Below, in pieces: positions 50,675 through 62,628 of a stretch of 64,000 bases of DNA. The translations under genes were made by a program, and so were the position numbers. The notes below the pieces were generated by a model. It was given only the letters and a program-made list of their open reading frames with translations. It made no database searches and was not told the DNA's origin. The stretch is from Octopus sinensis (lineage: Eukaryota), in the NCBI RefSeq assembly GCF_006345805.1, contig NC_043006.1:38440001-38504000 (forward strand), in the 5' to 3' direction. Every line of letters begins with the position of its first letter. Within the stretch, counting starts at the first letter, position 1.

Positions 50675-51555
50675 GTATCGTCATTTTATCATATAATTGA
50701 TTCTATTTATGTATGAAAGCAAATACATTAACTGAATAAAGAGCAGAATATGGAATGTAAAGATAAATATAAATGTAAAGATAAACATAAATGTATTTAT
50801 TTTTTAAAAGATAGTGGTGACATTGAAATTACATCATGTCTGGTTTGCCAAGCTGTTTGTTTGAAAAGTGAGATGTGGTGAAACTTGGAAATCATAGAGA
50901 CTGTCTCTTTGGCATGAATGAGACTATAAGTATATACAAACAACCAAAAAAAGAAAAAAAAAGAGCAAAAAAGAAACAAAAGTAAAAAGCAAACAATAAA
51001 TGCAAAACTGACAGGAAAAACAACAACAATCTTTAAAATGAATGCAAAATCTGTTCTACAACAACAAAGGAAACAAAGAATTAATAATATACTTTTCTAC
51101 TCTAGGCACAAGGCCTGGAATTTTGGGGAGAGCGCCAGGCGATTAGATCAACTTCAGTATGTAACTGGTACTTAATTTATCGATCTCAAAAGGATGAAAG
51201 GCAAAGTTGACCTCTACAGAATTTGAACTCAGAATGTAAAAGCAGACGAAATACCACTAAGCATTTCACCCAGCATGCTAATGTTTCTGCCAGCTCACCA
51301 TCTTAAAAAGAGAATTTTTTCTACTCTAGGTACAAGGCCTGGAATTTTTAAGGAGGGGGCCAGTCGATTAGATCAACCCAAGTACACAACTTAATTTATC
51401 GACCTCAAAGGGATGAAAGGCAAAGTTGACATTGGTGCAATTTGAACTCAGAACGTAGAGACAGACAAAATACTGCTAAGCATTTTGCCTGGTGTGCTAA
51501 CGTTTTCTGCCAGCTTGCAACCTTAGAGAATTAATAATATAAAAAGAAAACTAAC

Positions 51556-51736
51556 TTTTCTGGCAGTTGTTTCCTTGGAAGCCAAGTGGACAGTAGCAGT
51601 TATAGTTATCATGTCTTGGTACACAGACACCTTCGTTCATGCAGGGTCTGCCCTGACAAGGATGGTCACAGTTGTAGATATTTACTCCTTCCTTGGCTGA
51701 CTTAAACAAGTCTAGGGGCTTCTCGTTGATTACAAC
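51556..51736 (-). CDS. EGFLAM-like: Pikachurin/EGFLAM-like gene: exon with end of a laminin-G domain and an EGF domain
   Basis: ccttag|GTT...AAA A|gttagt; 181 nt, phase 0 to 1; VVINEKPLDLFKSAKEGVNIYNCDHPCQGRPCMNEGVCVPRHDNYNCYCPLGFQGNNCQK (six-Cys EGF spacing). Not in the ORF track. Confidence 0.92.
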
Positions 51737-52380
51737 CTAAGGAGAGAAAAAAAAAACAGGAAAAAGACATGAACACAGCCCAAAGAGAAAACAGGAAAAA
51801 AATTCATGAATATTTTCAAGGTGATGCCCCCCAGCATGGTCAGATGACTGAAACAAATAAAAAAAAAGTGATTTTTAAAAATGAAAGGGACAAAGATAGG
51901 GGGAGATACCCTTCTACCATCTTAGAACATACATGCACACAATCAGACAAGTGTCTGCATGTATGTATAAATATAAATAGGTGCAGACATGGTTGTGTGG
52001 TAAGAGGCTTGCTTCCCAACCACATGGTTCCAGGTTTGGTTCTACTGCATGACAACTTGGGCAAGTATCTTCTTCTACAGCCTCGAGCTGACCAGAGCCT
52101 TGTGAATGGGTTTGGTAGATAGAAACTGAAAGAAGCCCATTGTATATATTTGAGCGTTTGTGTGTTTGTGTCCCCACCATTGCTTGACAACTGATGTCGG
52201 TGTGTTTACATCCCCCATAACATAGCGGTTTGGCAAAAGGGACCAATAGAATAAGTACCAGGCTTACAAAGAAAAAGTCCATGGGTTGAGTTCTTCAACC
52301 AAAAGGCAGTGCTGCAGCATGGCCCCAGTCAAATGACTGAAACAAGTAAAAGAACGAAAGGATAATATATATATATATAG

Positions 52381-52745
52381 GTGCAGGAGTGGCTGTGTGG
52401 TAAGTAGCTTGCTAATCAACCACATGGTTCCGGGTTCAGTCCCACTGCGTGGCATCTTGGGCAAGTGTCTTCTGCTATAGCCTCGGGCCGACCAATGCCT
52501 TGTGAGTGGATTTAGTAGACGGAAACTGAAAGAAGCCTGTCGTATATATGTATATATATATGTGTGTGTATGTGTTTGTGTCTGTGTTTGTCCCCCTAGC
52601 ATTGCTTGACAACCGATGCTGGTGTGTTTACGTCCCCGTCACTTAGCAGTTCGGCAAAAGAGACCGATAGAATAAGTACTGGCGGTGCTCCAGCATGGCC
52701 GCAGTCAAATGACTGAAACAAGTAAAAGAGTAAAGAGTAAAAGAG
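52381..52745 (+). mobile_element. tRNA-derived SINE family A, full-length copy (most abundant repeat in the window)
   Basis: ggagtggctgtgtggtaag...ggttccgggttcagtcccactgcgtggca.cttgggcaagtgtctt...ggaaactgaaagaagcc(TA/TG)n...gaataagtact...gcatggccgcagtcaaatgactgaaacaagtaaaagag. About 20 other full or partial copies, e.g. 1190-1490, 7790-8160, 8410-8830, 10690-10850, 13760-14150, 15810-16120, 37120-37450, 46320-46830, 51980-52350, 56300-56690. Confidence 0.85.
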
Positions 52746-54559
52746 TATATATATATACCATTAACCTGATTCCACTGATCACAAAGTAAGCTTTTTAACC
52801 CCACACCCATGCTTGCACCTGTATATTCAAAATATAACTTATCTAAGACTACACTATATCATATGTCCCTTTCTTAAATAAAACATGCTGTGATCTGAAA
52901 GCAACTTGGCTGCTATTTCTAGCGAGTCAAAGAATCTTATTGAATCACCCTTATTGACTTGCAGAGGGGGAAAGGAAGTTGTGAGTCAGGCAAGGGAATA
53001 CATTTAGCTGGAGGAATACAATGACTGACTGCTGAAAGGTTTCAATTAACAACCCAAACAATCAATAGATTGGGATCTTAGCCTTCCTGCCATTTTTGCT
53101 TATAAATAAGCTTTTATAAAAACGAAATGATGTGTTACAATATTGTTAATTGTTCTAGCTTGATTAGGTTTTGATGCTGACTGGTGATCCATCAGAACAT
53201 TGATCAGTGACTCTTTCAAGTGGTCTGACCAGGTTAGGGTATGCTACACTGGTGTTATTATTCCATATGTCTTGTTCATGCATAGTTGAACGAACCCATC
53301 CGTATCTAAGAAATAGGTTTATTACAGGTGAAACAGCCTCTCTTTCTCTGACATGGTAGTCTGGTTATACCACTGCGCTGTTGTTATTGTAACGTTTGTT
53401 TCCAATTATGAAGCTTCGAATCAAGCAACCTGTTCACACATTCTCTCTCTCTCTCTTTGCCTCTCTCTCTCTCTCTCTTTGTCACTCTCTCTTTCAGACA
53501 TGCATGCACGCGTGCACACACACACACACACACAGACATCATCGTCACCATCATAGTCAATCATCAAGTATCATCCGTCATCAATCATCATCCATCATCC
53601 GTCATCAATCATCATCATCATCATCAATATCATCAATCATCATCCTCATCATCATTGTCACCATCATCAATCATCATCATCATCATCATCGTCATCATCA
53701 TCGTCACTATCATCAATATTTAACATCCATTTTTCATGGTGATATGGTTTGTTCATGCTGGAATGGTCTGGATGGTTTAGAGAGCTGTACCAGGCCCCCA
53801 CCTGTCTAAGTTTGTCATGGTTTCAACAGCTGGATGCCATTCCTGATGCCAACCACTTCACAGTGTGTACCAAGTGTTTTTTATGTAGCACCAGCATGGG
53901 AAGTTTTTTTACATGGCACCAGCACAGGGGCTTTTAAAGTGGTGCCAGCACAGGTACCTGTTATGTGGCACCAGCATGGGTGCTTTTCATGTGGCTCCAG
54001 AACAGGTACTTTTTCATGGCATTTAATATAAAAGGTGTAAACATGTACATGTGGTTAAGAAGTTTATATCCCGACCAAGTGATTTCAGGTTCAATCACAG
54101 TCTTGGCTTTAGTCCCACTGAGCATTATCTTGGGTGAGTGTCTTCTACAATGGTCCTGGGCTGACCAAAGCAGTCTGAGTTTATTTGGTAAATGGAAACT
54201 GAAGGAAGCCCATCGTGTGTGTGTGTCCTTGTCTGGACATCACATGATAGTTGTAAATGAGTATGATCATCATCATATAAGCAAGGTGGTTCCATTTTCC
54301 AGTCTTCCATGAAAAACGTCCAGTTATGGGAAAATATCCCCTTGCCTGGAGACAGGTGAGGGTTGGCAACAGGAAAGGCATCCGACTGTAGAATATCCAA
54401 ACCAATAAATTTTGTTTGATTCTTGCAGCATGGAAAAGTGGATATTAAAAAAAAAAGACACACATTAAATAATGTAGTCCCATATACATATAAAATCTGG
54501 GATGGTCACAGTTGGATTGCCTTTAAATACAGATTGGCTGAGCCATAAGAAAAACTAGG

Positions 54560-54912
54560 GGCCAGTCTGGAACCCCTATCTTGCCCAGAATATTAATTGT
54601 CTGGAAGCTGTTCAGTGACGTGCAACCAAGAGAATACCCTCCATCAGGCATTTGCCATATTCTGAACGCCTTACTTCCCTGGGCATGGATACATTGAAGC
54701 TCTGACATCTGGCAGCTGACTTGGCAGACATCCATAAAATTATTAACATCTTACAAACAATAACTCTGAGCACCTTTTCAAACTCCACCTGTCTAACACC
54801 TGTGGACATGTTTACAAAGTCAGAAAACAGCACAGCTCCCATGACTTTCGGAAACATTTTTTCATGCTAAGAGTTGCTGAAGCATGGAACAAACTGCCTG
54901 CATCAGTTGTTA
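54560..54912 (+). mobile_element. Older, degenerate 3' fragment of the same CR1-group LINE family
   Basis: Aligns by eye to about 35185-35535 (tggaacccctatcttgc...ccctccatcag...ccctgggcatggat...catgactttcgga...gttgctgaagcatggaa) with many substitutions and stops. Confidence 0.88.
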
Positions 54913-55124
54913 GATATCTTGTCCATGAAAAAACAAACAAACACAACTGAAGACAATACCTCTGCCTTCCTTAAGGCAGAGATAATTAAGGGCACAGAAG
55001 CCACTGTGCCAATATGCTAGAAAATGACTCCAAATACGTCCAACCAATACAAGATTCATTTCAATATACACAGGTTGAAAGCGGGAAAAGTGGACAAACC
55101 AAATATTCAAAAAATTATTCGGGT

Positions 55125-55228
55125 AATCCTAGATTGATCAATTTCTGGATAATTATAATAATAACTCTTCTATATTCTACTGATGAAGGAAGAGTTATAC
55201 TTATCCAGAAATTGATCAATCTTGGATT
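55125..55228. repeat. Hairpin: 27/28-bp outer stem plus 10-bp inner stem
   Basis: aatcctagattgatcaatttctggataa (55125-55152) / ttatccagaaattgatcaatcttggatt (55201-55228); inner ataactcttc / gaagagttat. Confidence 0.92.
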
Positions 55229-55527
55229 ATTCAAATTATTTTAAACATATATATATAAATAAATTTTACTAAAATGGTTTTTTTAAATGCTGTTCACTGA
55301 TAAGATTCATTAATTTTTAATGATTTTAATCTTTAATCATGTTTTTATATATTTATATATATTGTTTGTAGAAAGACATAAATCAGGAGATCTCAGGCCA
55401 GCAGTGTTTGGGGTCTGAAGATACACCATAAGGCTAAACCCCTTTGAGCGAAATCCAGGGTAACTCCCATATCCCAGCCTACCCCACTATAATATATATA
55501 TATATATATATATAAATTTTTTTTTCA

Positions 55528-55631
55528 TAATGAGATAAAAAATCCCGAGACTGTGTAAATTTTAGAACATTTATAGATAGATATCTATAAATGTTCTAAA
55601 ATCTACACACCCTTGGTTTTTTATCTCATTA
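55528..55631. repeat. 104-bp palindrome with a 2-nt centre
   Basis: Outer 15-bp perfect taatgagataaaaaa / ttttttatctcatta; inner 21-bp perfect attttagaacatttatagata-ga-tatctataaatgttctaaaat. Confidence 0.93.
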
Positions 55632-55814
55632 CAAAAAAAAAAAAGAAATTTATAAACACGCTGACATATGACCAACATTAAACCCCTTATTCGCATAATC
55701 ATTGAAACTGGAACTTAACTATGGTCTTATCTATAGCACTTATTCAACATTACCTGACACCTTTGGGTCTCAATGACACTATTACCTCTCATAAACTCTC
55801 TCTCTCTCTCTCTT

Positions 55815-55930
<116 letters not shown>

Positions 55931-57289
55931 CACACATACATGAAGGGCTTCTTTCAGTTTCCATTCACCAAACCCACTCACAAGGCTTTGGTGAGCCCAG
56001 GACCATAGAAAAAGACACTCGCCCAAGATAACACACAGTGGAATTGAACCCAAGATCACATGGTTGGGAAGCAGGCTTCTTAACCACACGGCCACACTGT
56101 TGCTACCACAACTCAAAAGTAATTGTTTTTCTTTTTTATGTTCGTGCTTATTTATTATTATTATTATTATTTTTTTTTTTTGCCTTATAAGGCCTAACGA
56201 CCATTAGCAGAAAAGAGAATGAAGATATTTTTGCCAGGAATATTCCAAAAAACAAACTGCAAACTCCAACTGCTTGGCAAAGTGGTAGAATTGATACTTT
56301 TACTCTTTTACTTGTTTCAGTCATTTGACTGCAGCCATGCTGGAGCACTGCCTTTAGTCAAGCAAGTCAACCCTGGGACTTATTCTTTGTAAGCCTAGTA
56401 CTTATTCTATCGGTCTCTTTTGCCAAGCCACTAAGTTACAGTGACATAAACACACCAGCATCAGTTGTCAAGCGATGTTGAGGGGACAGACACACAAACA
56501 TATACACACATATTCATATACACATATATACGATGGGCTTCTTTCAGTTTCCGTCAACCAAATCCACTCACAAGGCTTTGGTCGGCCCGAGGCTATAGTA
56601 GAAGATACTTGCCCAAGGTTCCACACAGTGGGACTGGACCCGGAACCATGTGGTTGGTAAGCAAGCTACTTACCCCACAGCCATTCCTGCGCCTATGTTT
56701 GATAGCAAACAAACAAAAACAGCAAGAGTCTCATTGGTCAAGGCTCTTCTCAGAGTCTTCTTCAAGACCAATATATATATTTATCTATATATATGCTCTG
56801 GAAATTATAGTAATAATAATAATAATAATAATAACAACACTAATAATAGTAGTAGTAATAATAATAATGAAGTGCGTTCTCTTGTCCCTATCTACCATCT
56901 TGGATTTTATGAATGTATCTCCTGATGCTTTGGTACCAAGACAATTAAGCAAAAAGACTGTCATGAGGCCATTGCAGAGAGAAAAGAAAAGGAAAAAAGG
57001 AGGAGGATGCTACTACTTGTGATGCTGATGATGATGATGAAGACAAGAAAGAATGAATACAACAATGGAGATGGCGGTGGTGGTGATGGTTTGATAATCA
57101 AGAGACAAAGAGAAGGAGGCAGATACAAAGGGGGAAGAGGAAGAGGAAAAAGAGAGAGGGAGGTGAGAAGATAATGGTGAGGTGGGAAGAGAGAAATGAA
57201 AGCCATTCAATGGAGAGATGGGTAGAGGTGGCTGAAGAGAGAGAGAGAGAGAGAGAGAGATTAATGTGGGTGTGTATGGGGGTGGTATT

Positions 57290-58620
57290 TATAGGGGTAG
57301 GTGGTTGGGTGGATTATTGATTAAATGCTGATGTATATGTATGATTTTGACTGGCAGGTTTGTGATAGGTGTGTTGGTGGTGGTAGTGATGGTAATGGTG
57401 ATTGTGGTGGTGGTGGTAGTGGTGAATGTGGTTGTGGTGATAGTAGTTGAGGTGGTAATGGCGATAGTGGTGGTAGTGGTGTTATTTGTGGTGGAGTAGT
57501 GATCTCTGCAGTGGTTGTGGTGATAGTGGTGGATGTGTTGTTGGTGGTGATGTTGTTGGTGGTGGAGTAGTGATCGCTGTAGTAGTTGTGGTGGTAGTGG
57601 AGGTGTTAGTGGTGGAGTAGTGATGTCTGCAGTAGGTGTGGTGGTAGTGGTGGTGTTAGTAGTTGTGGTGGTAGTGGTGGTGGTGGCAGTGGTGGTAGTG
57701 GTGGTGGTGGCAGTGGTTTTTGTGGTAGTGGTGTTGGTGATGGTGGTTGTGGTGGTAGTGATAAGGGTTGATATGCTAGTAGTTGTGGTGGTGGTTGTGG
57801 TGGGTGTGATGGCTGTAGCAGTGGTGTTGTCTGAGTAGTGATATCTGAAGTGGTGTTGGTGGTAGTTGTGACGGCGATGCTTATAGTGATGGTGGTGGTG
57901 TTGATGGCAGCGGCTTTTGTGGTGTTCACTGATTGTGTTGTTGTTGTTGTTGTTGTTGTTGTTAGTCATATTAGAACTATTAGTGTTGTATAATTTTGAA
58001 TAGCGGAACAGCAAAAACATCAGTGTTATTGTTGTTGATGTTGTAGTTGGTGGGGGTGGTGGTGGTGGTGGATAACGTTTTTGCAGTAGTAGTAGCAGTA
58101 GTAGTAGTAGTAGTTGTTGTTGTTGTCGTTGTTGTTGTTGTCGGGGTGGATCGTGTGAGTGTTGCACGACTTTGATAAGCGCTGTAGTTGTTGATGTGGT
58201 GTGGGGCCCGGAGAAGATTGGGGTCAGTGGTGGTAGAGACGGGGTAAAAGAAAAAAAAAAGAGGTGCAATAGGGGTGGGTGAGCGGTGGTGGTGTGGACG
58301 ACTGGATGGAATGTGGTGGGGTGTCTGAGGTGGGGGGGATGCAGGGTACAGTCCTGTTTCTGCTGCTGAGTAATCAACAAATTAAGAGATGCACAACAAA
58401 AAGGATTCTGCTGTGGCTGCACTTCTTAATGCATTTAGCTCAATGGAACCATATTTGTTTTGTTGTTGTTGTTCTAACTGTTGTTGATGTTTTCATGTTA
58501 TCCGTACAGCTGTTGTTGTTGTTGTTGTTGCTTTTGCTGTTGTTTATATTGTTGTTGTTGTTGTATGCTGTTGTTGTTGAATGTCATTACAACAAATGTT
58601 ATTCAAAAGCTGTTGCATTG
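57290..58620. repeat. Compound trinucleotide low-complexity field (GGT/GTA/GTT)n
   Basis: Degenerate GGT, GTA and GTT runs separated by short unique stretches. Confidence 0.9.
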
Positions 58621-58639
58621 TTTACCTGCAAGTTTATAC

Positions 58640-58803
58640 AATGTGTGTGTGTGTGTGTGTGAAAGAGAGTGTGTGTGTGAGTGTGTGTGTATGGCTGAAT
58701 ATATGCACATTTATGTATGCGTGGGATGTGTTCTGTTGTGCATATAGGGGAGGATTGTCTGTACATGTGTGTGTCCGTGTGTACACACACAAACACATGT
58801 ATG

Positions 58804-58846
<43 letters not shown>

Positions 58847-59230
58847 GGACAGCTATATGTATATATATATGTATGTATATAGGGACGCATATATGTATAT
58901 ATGTGTATATATATATGAGTGGTTGTGTGTATCTGTTTAAAGGTAGGACATGTATATTCATACTATGTGTGTATAGTGTATACATGTGCATGCATGTATG
59001 TCTATACATGTATATGCCTGCACAAATGTGCATATACACATATATATATTTATATATATGTCTATATGTGTATATATATATATTTATATATATGTCTATA
59101 TTATGTGTATATATATAATTATATATATGTCTATATGTGTATGTATATATACATATATATATATATATTCCCATACAAACACATATATATGTAATTGCAT
59201 ATTTATATGCATATATATGTATGTATGTGT

Positions 59231-59267
<37 letters not shown>

Positions 59268-59300
59268 TGTGTGTATGTGTACGTGTGAACACACACAAAC
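58640..59300. repeat. Compound (TA)n/(TG)n microsatellite field
   Basis: Dinucleotide tracts. Confidence 0.92.
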
Positions 59301-60054
59301 ACATTCCTCCCCCCGGCCCCTTCCACGCACGTATCTATTCATTACAGGAACCTTTCCATCTTTCAGATGCAGCTGACCAAACAGTGATGACTCACAGAAT
59401 AGAAATGATGTTGATATTGTGGATGTTGTTGCTGTTGTTGTTGTAGGTAGCTCCAGTCCATATTGAGTTTTAACTGGTAGTCCAAACCATGACAATAGAA
59501 CACTGGATGTAGGTATAATGGTGGTTGTTGTTGTTGTTATTGTTGTGGTTGTAGTCATAATAATAGTTGCTATTTTGCTTCCGGCATATCTTCAATGAGC
59601 AGAACTGAGATGAAAGCCATTTCAACGATGCCCATCGTGTCTTATTTTCAGTGTTAGTGTATCTTGGAATATAATATTTAATGTGACATTTATTTTTTTG
59701 TGATTTGAGTGAGATTTGGTAAGTATTTCTAGCAGTTTGGATGACCATAAACAGGCTCCTTCATTAGTTTGACTTATAACAAGTACCATATTTGGTGGCG
59801 TAAAAAACATAATTTTCTCCTCAAAAATTCACCCTAGGTGTTATGTGCTTCAATGTTCTTTTATTCTTTTATTTGTTTCAGTCATTTGACTGTGGCTATG
59901 CTGGAGCACCACCTTCAGTCGAACAAATTGACCCCAGGACTTATTCTCTGTAAGTCTACTACTTATTCTATCGGTCTCTTTTTTCCAAAACACTAAACAA
60001 CATCAGTTGTCAAGCGATGGTGGTGGGACCAAACACAGACACACACATATATGG

Positions 60055-60290
60055 GGAAAAAGTCAAGGTAGAAAATGCTAAAATGATTTCATAAAAAACA
60101 TTTCAGTACCGGTTTGGGTCATTGAGACTTTTTCAACTGTAAGTATGGAAAACAATTAAATTTTGGAAAAATTAAATGAAAAATTTTTAAAAAGAATATT
60201 TGCATAGTGTTCAAATACAAGTGGCATTTTTCTTGTTTCTGCCTGTCACTGTCTCTCTTGTTTACTCTTGTGGGTTCAAGATCGTTGTGA
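60055..60290 (-). mobile_element. Dispersed repeat (second copy at about 12295-12510, +) with a degenerate hammerhead-like motif, family 3
   Basis: Reverse complement matches 12350-12510 (gaaaatgccacttgtatttgaacactatgcaaatattc...ttttccatacttac...gaaac.ggtactgaaatg...ttttagcattttctaccttgac). Confidence 0.75.
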
Positions 60291-62461
60291 ATTCTTGGCA
60301 TAGAAGAAGAAGAAGAATGTGAGTGTGCTATGATAGTAGTAGGATGTTAAATGGTCAAGTGCTCTGAAAGTGACTTGTTGTAGATGGTAGTTTCTGTCTA
60401 CCAAATCCACTCTCAAGGCTTTGGTTGGCCTGAGGCTATAGTAAAAGACACTTGCCGAAGGTGCCATGCAGTGGGATAAGAACCCGGAACTATGTGACTG
60501 GTAAGCAAGCTATTTACCACTCAACCACTCCTGCGTATATATGCTAACAAATTTTTAATTAGTGCTATGTAAAAGCAGTTGTGCTGGTGCCGCATACAAA
60601 GAATCCATGCTGGTGCCACGTATAAAGCACTTGGTACACTCTGTGAAGTGGTTGGCATTAGGAAAGCACCCAGTCATAGAAACCATGTCAAAGCAGACAG
60701 AAGAACTTGGGTGCAGTCCTATGGTTTTCCAGCTTTCATGAAACCATCCAACCCATGCCAGCACAGAAAACAGACATTAAATAATGATGATGATGATAAT
60801 GATAGAGTGTGTGTAGTATGCATGTGTATCTTTTTGTGCCATCAAATACAGTAATATCAAAAGATGTGATCTTTCAAACAATCTTCTTAATCAAAGAAGA
60901 AAAAGAAAAAATATTAAGTTTGAAGAATTAGCTTTCATCAATTCGATATTTCAAACATTAAGTGGATGTTTGGGGAAGAATATACTTTTTAATTCCTAAA
61001 GTTGGAACCTGGATATTTCTTCTTTTTTTTTTTTGCACGATACCATCATGACAGTTAAAATGCAGATAAGATGTCTTGGCTCTCAAAACTCAAAGACAGA
61101 GCTGGAATGAGTACAGTGAAGAATTTTGACCAATATTTCAATAATTCTGTAGTTCACTGCCTTAGGCCATTTGCTAGGTCTGTTATGAGTCCTAAGATTT
61201 ATTAGGGCTGGAAAATCTAATCTATTATATGACAAAAGTCACAATATTCTTACCTGGATAGGATGCTAGTTTGTCTCAGGGTTAATTTCCTAGTTATTGT
61301 TGGAATTCATTCACAGTTGAATGAACTGGAGCAACATGAAATGAAGTGTTTTGCTCAAGAACACAATGCACTCCCCAGTCTGGGAATTGAAACGATAATC
61401 TTACAATCATGAATGCGACAGCCTAACCACTGGGTCACTTGCTGTCACTTTGCTCATTCCCAGCAAGATCAAATCAAAAAGATTTTCTCAGGAGCAAAGT
61501 AAATGAAACATTTGGTGATGACTAACTGAATGAAATAACATCATCATCATCGTTGTTTAACGTCTGCTTTCCATGCCGGCATGGGTTGAACGGTTTGACT
61601 ATGGGCTGGGAAGCCAGAAAGCTGCACCAGGCTCCAATCTGATCAAATACAGTAAGGTTTCTACAGCTCCAAGAGTGTAGTGGGTGCTTTTAACGTGCCA
61701 CCAGCATGAGGGCCAGTCAAGCAGTACTGGCATCGACCACGCCTGAATGATGCTTTTTACATTCCACTGGCACAGGAGCCAGTCAGGCCGTACTGGCAAT
61801 GACCATGCTTGAATGGTGCTTTTTACATGTCACCGGCACGGGAGTCAGTCAGACAGCACTGGCAACGACCATGCTCGAATGGTGCTTTGTATGTGCCACG
61901 TAGGATAGGAAAAAATAAAAAACAATAAAAATAAAAAATTATAATTTGCATTAATTTCTGCATTCAGTAAACTGTTTGTACTTAATCTGGATATAACAAA
62001 ATCTACCATCAAAGACAACAGATCAACTCTAAAAGTAGCTTTTAATCCTTTTCCTGTTGTGTGTCTCACATGTGGTACCCAGGGCTTATTTCCCAGGCTT
62101 CCAATCATCTTCTATGATACATATTCCCAATTTTTGTCGACCATCAGAATAACTTGGGACTTATGAAAGAAAAGCTTAATATTACTCAGAACGTATGAAA
62201 CAAGGGCTATGTATAAGCCTAGGGACAAGCATGGATGTTTAGAACAAACTTATGAGAATGTTCTGGACAGGCAGAGGATTAAAAAACCTTAGATTAAAGA
62301 ATCTGTTATTCTAAATTAAAGTATTCTCAGAGTTAAGGGTTTTTGGCATTAGGAAAGGCACCCAGCCATAGAAACTTTGCCAAAGTAAACATTGGAGCTT
62401 CATGTTGTTCTTAGTCAAATTGGTACCTGTCAAACTGTTCCACTCATACCAGCATAAAGCA

Positions 62462-62628
62462 CAGGGCTGGCTCAAGGTACCCATAACTCGAGCAACCACC
62501 TGGGGTACCATGTACTTTTTAGCCTACATTTTCGCTTTTTCTCCTTGTGAAAGTTTTAAAAAATTATACTTGTAAGGGTGCCAAAGTTCAGTTTACTCAG
62601 GGTGCCAGCAACCCTAGGGCCAGCCCTG
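62462..62628. mobile_element. 167-bp MITE (hAT-like CAGGG termini) inserted into a SINE copy
   Basis: TIRs CAGGGCTGGCTC (62462) and GGGCCAGCCCTG (ends 62628), 11/12 match. It interrupts the SINE tail ccagcata...gaaaaaggatgttaaatgatg. The possible 8-bp TSD is only 5/8 (ataaagca / atagaaaa). Confidence 0.65.

Noticed and set aside
58599-59558. 319-aa minus-strand ORF with a Thr-rich start
   Set aside because: Most of it is (TA/CA)n; the unique part has an upstream in-frame TGA, no convincing acceptor and no recognisable domain.
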